Source: Candidatus Dojkabacteria bacterium (lineage in GTDB: Bacteria > Patescibacteriota > Dojkabacteria > SC72). Taken from it: 64,000 nt of DNA. Location of the stretch: NCBI GenBank assembly GCA_050950145.1, contig JBMNHB010000001.1:556820-620819 (forward strand), given 5' to 3'. Below, one piece after another: positions 29,533-39,365 of this stretch. A model generated the notes under the pieces. The model searched no databases. It saw only the letters and a program-made list of their open reading frames with translations, and was not told the origin of the DNA. Within the stretch, counting starts at the first letter, position 1. Every line of letters starts with the position of its first letter. A program made the translations under genes and the position numbers.

Positions 29533-31036
29533 TCTTATACATCTTCTCTATATCAAACATCCCCTTACCGTTAGAGAGCCTATTCTCTGTCATTGCATAC
29601 ATAGTTATTAGCTTGTCTCCCTTTTTAACTGTGTCACCAGGCATCTTGTGTATATATATTCCAGCTTCCTTTACCTTAGGATTACCTAGTGCTCTTGCAA
29701 TACTTACTAGTGCTGTATTATCTATACCACTTACAACTCCATTCCTATCAGAGAGCATATCAGCTGAATATTTTCCACTCTTTATCTCAGAAGAATGGAC
29801 CTCTTTAGTCGCTCCCTGTGCAAACGCTATCTCCCAGAATTTCCTAAGAGCTTTCTTTTCATTTAGTATATTTAGAGCAAATTTCTTACCCTGACCTTTC
29901 TGTACTGTATCAGTCATCTCAAAAATCATACCTGCCATATCCAATATCACCTTTTCTAATTCCACACTCCTTTCCTCATCTCTCTCTAACATCTTTAAAG
30001 CTTCCCTAATCTCAGCATTAGGTCCTATACACCTTCCATCCGGACCTTTAATCAATCTCTTAATCGTTTCACAGTGGATGCCGAATTTTTTGAATAGTTT
30101 CCTGAATTCCCTATCAAGCATAGAAACATCATCAACTCTCTCAACCTTTGAACCTTTACCATATGGAAGATCTATGAGGATATGTGTAATACCCATTGAA
30201 ATTTTCTTAGCAACAATACTAACTAAAACTTTCTGGAACTCCTGAATTCTAAGAGATCTTTCAACATTAATAATTACATCATCAGCAGGTGAAAGTTCTA
30301 ATGAACCACCCCAGAACATACAACCTCCTGTCTTCTTAACAACCTCATATACTTTCTCCTTTGTAAGAGATACTGGCATTACTACCTCCAAAATGTCTGT
30401 AGTACCAGCAGGTGATGTAATAGCTCTAGTTGATGTATTTGGAACAATCAAACCACCAGAGACAAGTATTGGAATTAATGTGGGTGTAATTGCTTTACCA
30501 GCCACACCACCAATGGAGTGCTTATCTGCAATAATCTCCTCACCTGGACGAATGTTCTTAAAATCCATACTATCTCCTGATTCGGCCATACCCTTCGTCA
30601 TCCAATATATCTCATCATCATTAAAACCTGGATTGAAAAATGTTGAAACAAAAAATGCAATCTCTGTCTCCCTCAGTTTCCTAGTACCAATATCTTTCAT
30701 AATAGATTCTAGATCCTCCTTAGAAAGAGGTTGGCCTAACAACTTCCTACTGATTGCATCCAGAGACCTACTTGACTCTGGAATATCCACAAAAATTGAG
30801 GATCCATTTGGTATATCATACGCCTTCCAAATCTCTTCAAACAACCCTATCTGTCCTTCAGGAACTTTTGAGTCTGTTTCCATCACATCAGCATAGAGTT
30901 CTATCTCTCCAAAACCAACCATTATATTCTCTCCCTCTCTTACACCTATTCGTTCAGCATCCTTTCTATTTAACACCACATTAAAATCATCATCCTCTCC
31001 CAAATCTAGATTATGACCAATTAAGTAGGCACCCAT
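29525..31036 (-). CDS. deoA: AMP phosphorylase / thymidine phosphorylase family (archaeal-type, ~500 aa)
   Basis: DKHSIGGVAGK (DKHSTGGVGD motif). Glycosyltransferase family 3 fold. N-terminal extension typical of AMP phosphorylases. Confidence 0.7.
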   Translation of the reverse strand: MGAYLIGHNLDLGEDDDFNVVLNRKDAERIGVREGENIMVGFGEIELYADVMETDSKVPEGQIGLFEEIWKAYDIPNGSSIFVDIPESSRSLDAISRKLLGQPLSKEDLESIMKDIGTRKLRETEIAFFVSTFFNPGFNDDEIYWMTKGMAESGDSMDFKNIRPGEEIIADKHSIGGVAGKAITPTLIPILVSGGLIVPNTSTRAITSPAGTTDILEVVMPVSLTKEKVYEVVKKTGGCMFWGGSLELSPADDVIINVERSLRIQEFQKVLVSIVAKKISMGITHILIDLPYGKGSKVERVDDVSMLDREFRKLFKKFGIHCETIKRLIKGPDGRCIGPNAEIREALKMLERDEERSVELEKVILDMAGMIFEMTDTVQKGQGKKFALNILNEKKALRKFWEIAFAQGATKEVHSSEIKSGKYSADMLSDRNGVVSGIDNTALVSIARALGNPKVKEAGIYIHKMPGDTVKKGDKLITMYAMTENRLSNGKGMFDIEKMYKIK

Positions 31037-31053
31037 AAAAGTTGTATTAAAAA

Positions 31054-32001
31054 TTAATTATCAAAAATCCATGAATAGTGCTCTTTCGCAAGAGAACCAA
31101 CATTACTAGGTAGAACCATTCCGAATTCTGTTAAATAACCAGTTATTAACGATTTATCTACAATCTCAAAAGCAGGATTATACATATGCAAACCTTTAGG
31201 AGCATCCTCCCATAATTCCTTTGACTCTCTAACCTCAATCTTTACTGATTCAAAGAATGAAGTAGGATCTACTTTTAGTAGAGGAGTGACAACATAGAGA
31301 GGTTTACCTGCATAATATGCTGCTATCGCTATACCCCAACTTCCTATCTTATTAATCGTATGACCCTCTGCAGTAATCTGATCACAACCAATAAATACTG
31401 CATCCACCGGAACACTCCCCCTATTTATTGCAAATGACTCTGCTGCACTATCCGCTATCAATGTTGTTTTTACACCCCCTTCTAGTAAACTTTTCGCTGT
31501 CTTTCTCCCTTGTAATCTAGGTCTAGTTTCCGTACACACAACTTCAAAATCTCTATCTCCTTTCCCAATTGATTTAATTAATGATACAGCTGTAGATGAA
31601 TGACAATGTGTTAGAACTTTATCAATATTTGTTAAATTTTTTGTGTTCTTTTCAATAATGTTCCGCTTACTCTCAGCTATGAGATCAAGATATTCATCAC
31701 AGAGTCTTGTAAACTCCTGTTTCATGACCGAAAGCTCTGGTAAAACAGAATATTTCTGTCCGAAAAAATGTTTAATATATGTTACACCGTTTCTCGCCAA
31801 AGGCTCATTATCCCTTGCATGTGCCAGAGCATCCCCTATCTCAAATAATTCATGTAAGAACTCCTTACTATCCTTAACCTTACTTAATTCAATATATAGC
31901 TTCATACCCTCAAAGGTAGAAATCGCTACATTGGTAGCACCCTGAATGTTCAACTTTTGTATATCATTATATATTTTGTCAATTGCAGGATATTTCTCCA
32001 T
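31054..32001 (-). CDS. eIF-2B alpha/beta/delta-family isomerase; probably ribose-1,5-bisphosphate isomerase (E2b2), alternatively MtnA
   Basis: IF-2B family blocks (CHSSTA, TETRPRLQG, GCDQI..NG...NKIG). Adjacent to AMP phosphorylase. Confidence 0.65.
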   Translation of the reverse strand: MEKYPAIDKIYNDIQKLNIQGATNVAISTFEGMKLYIELSKVKDSKEFLHELFEIGDALAHARDNEPLARNGVTYIKHFFGQKYSVLPELSVMKQEFTRLCDEYLDLIAESKRNIIEKNTKNLTNIDKVLTHCHSSTAVSLIKSIGKGDRDFEVVCTETRPRLQGRKTAKSLLEGGVKTTLIADSAAESFAINRGSVPVDAVFIGCDQITAEGHTINKIGSWGIAIAAYYAGKPLYVVTPLLKVDPTSFFESVKIEVRESKELWEDAPKGLHMYNPAFEIVDKSLITGYLTEFGMVLPSNVGSLAKEHYSWIFDN

Positions 32002-32008
32002 ATATTTC

Positions 32009-33397
32009 TTACTCTAATTTTACTTCCTCCATATGTTCTGGGATATATATATCTTTATGTATTTCTTCCTTAAGATTCTGTGCAAAATCATTAATTATCT
32101 CAGGATCTCCATGTACTAAAAATACCTGTCTTGGTGTATGACCAAAGCCTCTTAACCAGTATCTTAAATCTCTTTGATCCCCATGACCAGAAAACCCATT
32201 CAATGTAAATAACTTCGCATTATTCTGATAATCCTGTCCCATTATTTTTACAACCTTCTCTTTATCTACAAATCTTCTTCCTAGAGTCCCCGCTACTTGA
32301 TAACCAACAATTACTAAATGCGTTGTTGGATTCTCAATATTATTCTTTAGGTGATGTAGTATTCTTCCTCCTGTACACATTCCACTTCCTGCGATAATGA
32401 CAACACCTTTCTTCGTTACCAACCTCTTAGATTCTTCTGTAGATTCAATTTTTGTTAGGCCTGGGAAATCAAATGGATCATCTCCTTTCTGAATTAATCT
32501 CTTAGCATCTTCGTCGTAAAAATCAGGATATTGCCTAAATATCTCTGTAGCTCTACTTGCCATTGGACTATCTAGATATACAGGTAAGTCAGAAATTAAT
32601 TTGTTTTCAATAAAGAGGTTTAACTCATACAGAATCTCCTGAGTCCTCTCTATTGCAAAGGAGGGTATCAAAACATTACCTCCTTCTCTTTGAGCACTCT
32701 GAAGAGCTGCAAGGAGCTCTAGGACAGTCTCATTTCTATCCTTGTGCAATCTATTACCATATGTTGACTCACAGATAACATAGTCAGCATCTCTAATCAA
32801 ATCAGGATCATTAACTATCCTTGCACCTGGCTGACCCAAATCCCCAGAAAACACCAACTTTCTTAATCTATCAGCACTGTTCTTTATCCATAATTCTATA
32901 ATCGCAGAACCAAGTATATGACCTGAATCTCTTAATCTAAACTCACAATCAGGAGATAGATTAACAGATGTACCATATGGATACACCTCAAAATATTTCA
33001 TACACTCTTCTACATCTTGTTCTGTAAAAAGTGGTTTCCTCATCTCCTCCATCTTTGCTTTCACTTCCCATCTCTTAGACTCCTCTTCCTGAAGATTAGC
33101 AGAATCCAAAAGAATTACTTTAGCCAAATCCCTAGTTGGTTGTGTACATATTATTCTTCCCTTAAACCCTTGCTTTACCAAAACAGGTATTCTTCCACAG
33201 TGATCAAAGTGAGCATGTGTAAGAAATACAAAATCAATATCAGCAGGATTAAAAGGAAACGGTTCATAATTCCTATCTTCAAGTTCTTCCGGACCTTGAA
33301 AAGCACCACAATCTACCAAGAATTTAAGGTTATCCGTCTTAACAAAAAAACATGAGCCTGTTACAGTTTTTGCACCACCTAGAAACTGTATAGTCAT
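32009..33397 (-). CDS. MBL-fold beta-CASP RNA-metabolising hydrolase (RNase J/CPSF-like)
   Basis: THAHFDHCG motif. Beta-CASP C-terminal region. Start moved to MTIQFLGGAK; the upstream 18 codons of the six-frame ORF are probably leader. Confidence 0.65.
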   Translation of the reverse strand: MTIQFLGGAKTVTGSCFFVKTDNLKFLVDCGAFQGPEELEDRNYEPFPFNPADIDFVFLTHAHFDHCGRIPVLVKQGFKGRIICTQPTRDLAKVILLDSANLQEEESKRWEVKAKMEEMRKPLFTEQDVEECMKYFEVYPYGTSVNLSPDCEFRLRDSGHILGSAIIELWIKNSADRLRKLVFSGDLGQPGARIVNDPDLIRDADYVICESTYGNRLHKDRNETVLELLAALQSAQREGGNVLIPSFAIERTQEILYELNLFIENKLISDLPVYLDSPMASRATEIFRQYPDFYDEDAKRLIQKGDDPFDFPGLTKIESTEESKRLVTKKGVVIIAGSGMCTGGRILHHLKNNIENPTTHLVIVGYQVAGTLGRRFVDKEKVVKIMGQDYQNNAKLFTLNGFSGHGDQRDLRYWLRGFGHTPRQVFLVHGDPEIINDFAQNLKEEIHKDIYIPEHMEEVKLE

Positions 33398-33463
33398 CAA
33401 GTATGAGCAGTTAAAATAATCTACACTACATATTACATTAGATAGAAACATTCATCAAGACAA

Positions 33464-33542
33464 ACAGACCTGGTCTGTAGATTTATCCGTATCAGTAAAG
33501 GACAGAAGGGCTGTTTTTTGGTTTTTTAATCTTCCTATAGGT
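33464..33542 (-). promoter_or_regulatory. palindrome-bearing promoter element (family copy) upstream of the beta-CASP gene
   Basis: ACAGACCTGGTCTGT plus the tail ...GGTTTTTTAATCTTCCTATAGG. Confidence 0.5.
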
Positions 33543-33970
33543 CATTTACCTGTTGAACCAAAACCACCATCTCCTCTCTCTGTTTCTTCTAATTGTTCTA
33601 CTACTTCAAGATTATCTTTAAGAGACAAACATGGGACAATAACTATCTGTGAAAATCTTTCACCATCTGTAAGAATAATATCTTCTGTAGAAGTATTTAC
33701 TACCTGAGCTATAATCTCACCTCTGTAATCACTATCTATAACTCCCACGGAGTTCTTTAACATCAAACCTTTCTTACCAAAAGAAGACCTTACAAAAAGC
33801 AAACCTACATATCCTTTTGGTATCTCTAGATATACTCCTGTATAAACCTCTGTACTCTCTGATGGTTTAATTACTATTGATTTATCTGCCTTTACTTTTA
33901 AATCCGCCCCAGCAGAAAACTCTGTTTTTACCTCTGGAATATACTTTGAATCATCCACTCTAATTCTCAT
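33542..33970 (-). CDS. dut: dUTP diphosphatase
   Basis: GVIDSDYRGEI motif. Confidence 0.8.
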   Translation of the reverse strand: MRIRVDDSKYIPEVKTEFSAGADLKVKADKSIVIKPSESTEVYTGVYLEIPKGYVGLLFVRSSFGKKGLMLKNSVGVIDSDYRGEIIAQVVNTSTEDIILTDGERFSQIVIVPCLSLKDNLEVVEQLEETERGDGGFGSTGK

Positions 33971-35384
33971 TTATCTCCTTAACAATCTTAGATAATTTCT
34001 CTTTTGTATTAAGCATAGGATCATCAAGGACTCTTTCTAAAAGTTCTCTAAGAACCTCACCCATCTTAGGTCCTTTCTCTACCCCTAATTTCTCTAAATC
34101 CTTTCCTGTAATATTTAAATCTGTTACTTTTAGTGCCATATCTTGATGTCTAACATCAGATATCCTTTTTTGTAAAACTGTAATCTCATCAGGTTTAAAA
34201 GATGTGAAAGGATTAGATTGGGCATCCGCCATTCTAAGCTTAAACAAATCATCAATATTCTCCTCTCCTACCCTCTGTATGAATCTTCTAACAGCAGAAT
34301 CAGACCATTTATGCAACTCAATATTCTTTTTTTCTTCTTCACTCATACCCTCTTCAATATGAGGATAGTAGAACATATGATTAAGAATTAATTTCTTTGT
34401 CCTTTCTATCTCACTCTTTGGAAATTTCATTCTTTTCATAATCTGCTCTGCCATATCAGCACCCATTTTGTCATGACCATAGAAATGACCATTGCCCATA
34501 TCTGTCCTTGGTTTTGCAATATCATGAAGAAGTGCAGCCAATTTAACTGAATCCTCAGCAGCATCACATGTCTTTATCGCATGATAGTACACATCATCTG
34601 CATGAAAAAGTTTCTGTTCAACTCCTACTCCCTCCGTCAGTTCTGGCATGAAGATTTGTAAGAGACCTGTCTCTCTCATTAATTCAATACCTACAGAAGG
34701 CTTGGGAGAATTAAGAAGCATTTTCATAAACTCATCACGAATTCTTTCCATTGAAATATTTTCAGCAACTGCCTTAGACTCTTTAATTGCTTCAAATGTC
34801 TGTTCTTCAATTGTAAATCCTAACTGAGCAGCCATTCTACATGCCTTAAAAGATCTCAAACCATCTTCCTTAAACCTCTCAAGCGGTGTACCTACTGCCC
34901 TAACAACTTTCTTCTTAATATCCCCTATTCCATCAAAAGGATCATATATCTCAACCTCTTTTAATTCTTTCCCATCATCTAAGTCTAACTTAGAAAGATC
35001 CACAGCCATTGCATTAAATGTAAAATCTCTCCTACCCAAGTCTTTATCTATCTCATCAACAAACTTAACTGATGAAGGCCATCTACCATCAATATATCCT
35101 GCCTCACTTCTAAATGTAGTTGTTTCAACCTCATAAGTTTCTCCATGTTCATCCTGAACAAGAACAATTACAGTACCAAACTTAGCTCCTGTTGATATTG
35201 ATTTTGGAAACATATTTAACATCTCATCAGGTAGAGCATTAGTTGCCAGGTCATAGTCATGTGGTTTTCTACCAAGGACAATATCCCTAACAGCACCTCC
35301 TACAAGGTAACACTCATACCCCTCTTTTATGAGAATCCTTGCTACTTTTTGTACATAATTTGGTAAATGAATAGTTACTTTCAT
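33960..35384 (-). CDS. cca: CCA-adding tRNA nucleotidyltransferase with an HD domain
   Basis: GGAVRDIVLGRKPHDYDLAT head domain. HD motif LLHDIAK. Confidence 0.8.
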   Translation of the reverse strand: MKVTIHLPNYVQKVARILIKEGYECYLVGGAVRDIVLGRKPHDYDLATNALPDEMLNMFPKSISTGAKFGTVIVLVQDEHGETYEVETTTFRSEAGYIDGRWPSSVKFVDEIDKDLGRRDFTFNAMAVDLSKLDLDDGKELKEVEIYDPFDGIGDIKKKVVRAVGTPLERFKEDGLRSFKACRMAAQLGFTIEEQTFEAIKESKAVAENISMERIRDEFMKMLLNSPKPSVGIELMRETGLLQIFMPELTEGVGVEQKLFHADDVYYHAIKTCDAAEDSVKLAALLHDIAKPRTDMGNGHFYGHDKMGADMAEQIMKRMKFPKSEIERTKKLILNHMFYYPHIEEGMSEEEKKNIELHKWSDSAVRRFIQRVGEENIDDLFKLRMADAQSNPFTSFKPDEITVLQKRISDVRHQDMALKVTDLNITGKDLEKLGVEKGPKMGEVLRELLERVLDDPMLNTKEKLSKIVKEINEN

Positions 35385-36606
35385 ACTTTTTCTTTCTTAA
35401 AACAGAATACCAAAGAAAGAGATCTACAACAAGAAGCATTACACCACAAGTAAGAATACTAAAATCAATATTACCTGTCTTAGGTAGTTCTACAAGAGTA
35501 TCTGTAACACCCAATACTACCCCTTCTTTTTCTGTTTTAATATCTTCCTTCTCTTCTACTTCTTCTGATTCAACATCATCAATCATTAGCTCTTCTTCAG
35601 ATTCTCTCTCTATCCTAATATTCTCTGATGTAAAAATATATGGATTTCTCTGCATACAGAAACTCTCTTGAGATGGCCCCATACTTCCTCCAGCAACCCA
35701 ACCACCATCTTCTCGTTTTGAGAACACAGATATTGATTCAACAGAGAAGGTATTACTAAAATTATTCCCAAGTACAGTGCATTTTCTAGCAACATTATTA
35801 TCCTTTATAACAAAACTACCTAAATCACCATCTTCAAACTCCCCACTAAGTTGGTATTTAACCAAATATTCTTGTTTTCCTTGCAGATTTAAAATCTCTT
35901 TAAAAGAACCATGTTCAAAAGAAATACCATTGTATGGATAGCTAGTAGTATTCTTTACTAAAACCGTAATCTCTACTCCACCTTCAATTCCTTTTACTTC
36001 TGGTTTGGATATCTCTAAGGGTAACTTAATATGGAATCTATCTAAAACAAAACTACCTTTAGCATCAACAGGTATATCTTCTAATCCTGAATATCTTCTA
36101 AAAATACCTTTACGAGTAAACCACTTACCAGAAGAATACAAATTAATTGGTTCTAGGGAAAACTCTTCACTAGTAAAGTTCCCAAATTCTGTTAAATATC
36201 CCAAAAATGAAATATGCCCTCTTGAGTATGCCACAGCTATCTCTTGGATATTAATAGGATGGCTACTTTCATTCCAATAGTGATACAAAACATCTACTGT
36301 CATACCTGGTGGTAAAGCTATATATGTACCTTTACTGTTAATTCTCCTCTTAACACTATCTTGAAACAGAGAAGCTACATCTATATCAAAGAGTTCATAG
36401 GAGGATGTAGCTACAACATCAAAAGGTGAATATGTTATCACTCCATTCTCTACTACTATTTTCTCAGGTAACTCTTCACCTAAAGCATATGATATTGTAC
36501 TGTAAAAACTATTCTGACTAATATCTCCACTATCACTAAAATCATCAGCAAACACAGGAGATGCTAAAAAGAAAAAGAACAGAAAGAAAGGAAGTATTTT
36601 CTTCAT
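35314..36606 (-). CDS. secreted LPxTG-type cell-surface protein
   Basis: Classic signal peptide (MKKILPFFLFFFFLASPVFA). C-terminal LPKTG, then a hydrophobic segment, then RKKK. Confidence 0.6.
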   Translation of the reverse strand: MKKILPFFLFFFFLASPVFADDFSDSGDISQNSFYSTISYALGEELPEKIVVENGVITYSPFDVVATSSYELFDIDVASLFQDSVKRRINSKGTYIALPPGMTVDVLYHYWNESSHPINIQEIAVAYSRGHISFLGYLTEFGNFTSEEFSLEPINLYSSGKWFTRKGIFRRYSGLEDIPVDAKGSFVLDRFHIKLPLEISKPEVKGIEGGVEITVLVKNTTSYPYNGISFEHGSFKEILNLQGKQEYLVKYQLSGEFEDGDLGSFVIKDNNVARKCTVLGNNFSNTFSVESISVFSKREDGGWVAGGSMGPSQESFCMQRNPYIFTSENIRIERESEEELMIDDVESEEVEEKEDIKTEKEGVVLGVTDTLVELPKTGNIDFSILTCGVMLLVVDLFLWYSVLRKKKYESNYSFTKLCTKSSKDSHKRGV

Positions 36607-36668
36607 ATTTAAATATCTCTAAAGTTATATAGAGATATGATACATTGGAGATATTAAATCTAGATTAA

Positions 36669-38312
36669 CTAGGAATGTTTTTCTGGAAGTTCTTCTTTAC
36701 GTACTTTTTCAGTAACATAGAAATTTCTTTTAAACTGCCCCTTGCCCAACATCATCTCTGTGATCGCCTGTATATGAGGAATGAAGTTAAATGTAAGCAT
36801 ATTTACAGAGATTAGATATGTTTCTGCAATATCCAAAAGATTTCTCCACCATTTCCATCCTTTGGGAATGGGAGAGATCTTTCTTCTTAAGTAAACAGTA
36901 AACACATTAGTTAACATTGCTACTGTAAATACAATACTCAATATCCTTGGTAGATTAAAAGAGAATACCGTGTACTTAAACTCTGGGTTAAGTGTAGAAA
37001 TAATCATAAGACCAAATGTCAAAACAAAAACAACTGTAAAAAGCCACATCTGTTCTACAATTGATTTAATCATAGTGGCTCTCTTAAATGCAGATATCCC
37101 ACTACCCTTTCTTAATATTACAGAGAGGGTGATTGGGAATGGAATCTTCCCCCAACCCCATCTGTACTGTTGTTTGTAGAAAGAAACATGTGTACTTACA
37201 TAATCTTTGTTTTCAACAGCATCATTATATGTTGGAACATATACCTCTTGTCCCTTAAATGTTCCTTTACTTCTTACCATGGCGTTCCAGTAAAAAGCAG
37301 TATCATCATTAGGGATTTCAGGATCCCAGAATTCAAATTTCTTAAGTGTATTAAGGTTAACAACATATGATGAAAATGTATCCCTAGTATATATCTCCTC
37401 TTTTCTAAAAAGTGATTTAACTGACCTTTCCACTACCCAAGTGTAAAGAATTGCAAGAGTTGTCATTGTTGAGAAGACTCTAATCAGAGATGGCACACTC
37501 CACAGATTATTATTAAATGTATGTACTGCAGAGGTATAGAAAGAGTTCTCTGGATCCTCTGTTGTTAAGTATCTGTAAACAACAGAAGATAAATATTTAG
37601 GATGTGGTCTTAGGTCTGAATCACATGTAATGAGAAGATAATCATGTAAATCTTTACCTTCCTCTTCAAGTTTCTTTACAAAATTTCTAGCAGCAAAATT
37701 AATATTTGCTCCTTTTACACCTGCTATCTCCCCCTCTATACCAAAAGGATGAACATAGTAAGTCATACTGCCAAATTTATCTCCATATTTCTCTTTTAAT
37801 TTCGCAAAGTTTTCTTTCTGTAAATCCGCTTTTTTCTCTTCCATAGCCATCACAACATCTATCTTCTTAGTATCAATATCACTACTTGACCAAGCATCAA
37901 AGGAAGGATCAAGAATACTAAACTCCTCTCCATATACAGGACACAGGTATATGAATCTCATCTTTTCATATCTTGGATCTTTTAATTCCTCTATCTCCTT
38001 AATCCAATCAGTTGTAATTGCTTCATTCATTCTCCTAACTCCGATATTGATACCTATGACAAATTTCACAGCCCTAAAAAACCAGTATGAAACAAGAAAA
38101 GCCATATATACTACATATGCTGTATCCCACCTAAGCAACGCAAATACAAAAGGTATCAAAAAAAGAGACCAAAAAACCAACCCTGGTATTGTTTCAAAAA
38201 GTCGTTTCTGCCAATGAGGTAAATCAACAGGAAATCCTAAATATCTGTCTTTTGGTCTATATGTCTTTTTTCGTAAGTCTTCTTTCTGTTCCATCTCTCT
38301 GTATTCTACCAC
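36669..38312 (-). CDS. membrane-embedded processive family-2 glycosyltransferase (cellulose/chitin-synthase-like)
   Basis: QQYRWGWG (QxxRW). D,D motifs (ITCDSDL). Multiple transmembrane segments. Confidence 0.7.
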   Translation of the reverse strand: MVEYREMEQKEDLRKKTYRPKDRYLGFPVDLPHWQKRLFETIPGLVFWSLFLIPFVFALLRWDTAYVVYMAFLVSYWFFRAVKFVIGINIGVRRMNEAITTDWIKEIEELKDPRYEKMRFIYLCPVYGEEFSILDPSFDAWSSSDIDTKKIDVVMAMEEKKADLQKENFAKLKEKYGDKFGSMTYYVHPFGIEGEIAGVKGANINFAARNFVKKLEEEGKDLHDYLLITCDSDLRPHPKYLSSVVYRYLTTEDPENSFYTSAVHTFNNNLWSVPSLIRVFSTMTTLAILYTWVVERSVKSLFRKEEIYTRDTFSSYVVNLNTLKKFEFWDPEIPNDDTAFYWNAMVRSKGTFKGQEVYVPTYNDAVENKDYVSTHVSFYKQQYRWGWGKIPFPITLSVILRKGSGISAFKRATMIKSIVEQMWLFTVVFVLTFGLMIISTLNPEFKYTVFSFNLPRILSIVFTVAMLTNVFTVYLRRKISPIPKGWKWWRNLLDIAETYLISVNMLTFNFIPHIQAITEMMLGKGQFKRNFYVTEKVRKEELPEKHS

Positions 38313-39220
38313 TATTCAAACAATTTTTCTGGATATACGCCATCATCTACTAAATCTCGTAGCTTCTCTCTTACTATTGGACCATCTTCTTTGTATGTTA
38401 CTCCAAACCATTTACTATCACTCTGTAAAACCTTAAATTCTACTTCTTTATTAAAAATCATATTATCAAATATTGTAGGAAGAAGGAATTCATCTGTAAG
38501 AGAATCAGGATGTTCCTTTAGAAATTTTTCAAATTTTTCTTCAAGAGTAGTAAATACTGAAGGATGTACTTCAAACATGTTCATGGATATGAAATCATCA
38601 TCTTTTAATTCAACTTTTTCACCATTTAATCTCTCTCCATATATTTTCCCATCTTCTTCTCTCTTTATCTCAAACAATTCTTCAATACTTTCTAAATATC
38701 CATCTTTCTCTTTACATAATCCTCTTTTAACAGTACCATTTTCACTAAGTACATTCTTTAGTTTGTAAGTAGTAATACCATATGTTTTTTCACTACACTC
38801 TTCTTTAAGAAATTTGGCAGAAACTCTAAAAGCATCACTACCATAGAAATCATCTCCATTTATAATAAGTGTAGGTTCTTTAATAGCATCTTTACCCATT
38901 AGAAGTGCATGACCTGTACCCCAAGGTTTTACTCTTTCAGGATTAAGTTTGTACCAACTTGGTAATTTATCTACTGATTGAAATACATACTGTAAATCAA
39001 TTCTATCTTTGTACCTTGTCATAAACATTTCATTGAAAATCTCTTCCATATCAGGTCTGATTACAAAAACAACCTTCTCAAAACCTGCATTAATTGCATC
39101 ATATATTGAATAATCTATGAGTGTTTCTCCACTGGGACCAAAGCCTTCCATCTGCTTAAGACCACCATATCTACTACCCATACCAGCAGCAAGTACAAAA
39201 AGGGAAATATTTTTATTCAT
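38312..39220 (-). CDS. NDP-sugar pyrophosphorylase (nucleotidyltransferase)
   Basis: LAAGMGSRYGGLKQ (GxGxR motif). The start is moved to MNKNISLF because the longer six-frame ORF runs into tRNA-Ser. Confidence 0.65.
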   Translation of the reverse strand: MNKNISLFVLAAGMGSRYGGLKQMEGFGPSGETLIDYSIYDAINAGFEKVVFVIRPDMEEIFNEMFMTRYKDRIDLQYVFQSVDKLPSWYKLNPERVKPWGTGHALLMGKDAIKEPTLIINGDDFYGSDAFRVSAKFLKEECSEKTYGITTYKLKNVLSENGTVKRGLCKEKDGYLESIEELFEIKREEDGKIYGERLNGEKVELKDDDFISMNMFEVHPSVFTTLEEKFEKFLKEHPDSLTDEFLLPTIFDNMIFNKEVEFKVLQSDSKWFGVTYKEDGPIVREKLRDLVDDGVYPEKLFE

Positions 39221-39246
39221 AATGCGTATATGTATAACATTATTTA

Positions 39247-39336
39247 TGGCGGAGAGAGTGGGATTCGAACCCACGGTACAGAAGACTGTACAACGGTTTT
39301 CAAGACCGTCTCTTTCGACCACTCAGACATCTCTCC
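39247..39336 (-). tRNA. tRNA-Ser (anticodon TGA), CCA encoded
   Basis: Reverse complement: GGAGAGA-TG-TCTG..., anticodon loop CTTGAAA, long variable arm, T-arm GTGGG-TTCGAAT-CCCAC, then TCTCTCC-G-CCA. Confidence 0.8.
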
Positions 39337-39365
39337 TGATAATTAGTATTATACCAAAAATATCG

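Noticed and set aside
38312-39322. Long form of the NDP-sugar pyrophosphorylase ORF starting at 39322
   Set aside because: Its first 34 codons run through tRNA-Ser(TGA). The start MNKNISLF at 39220 is used instead.
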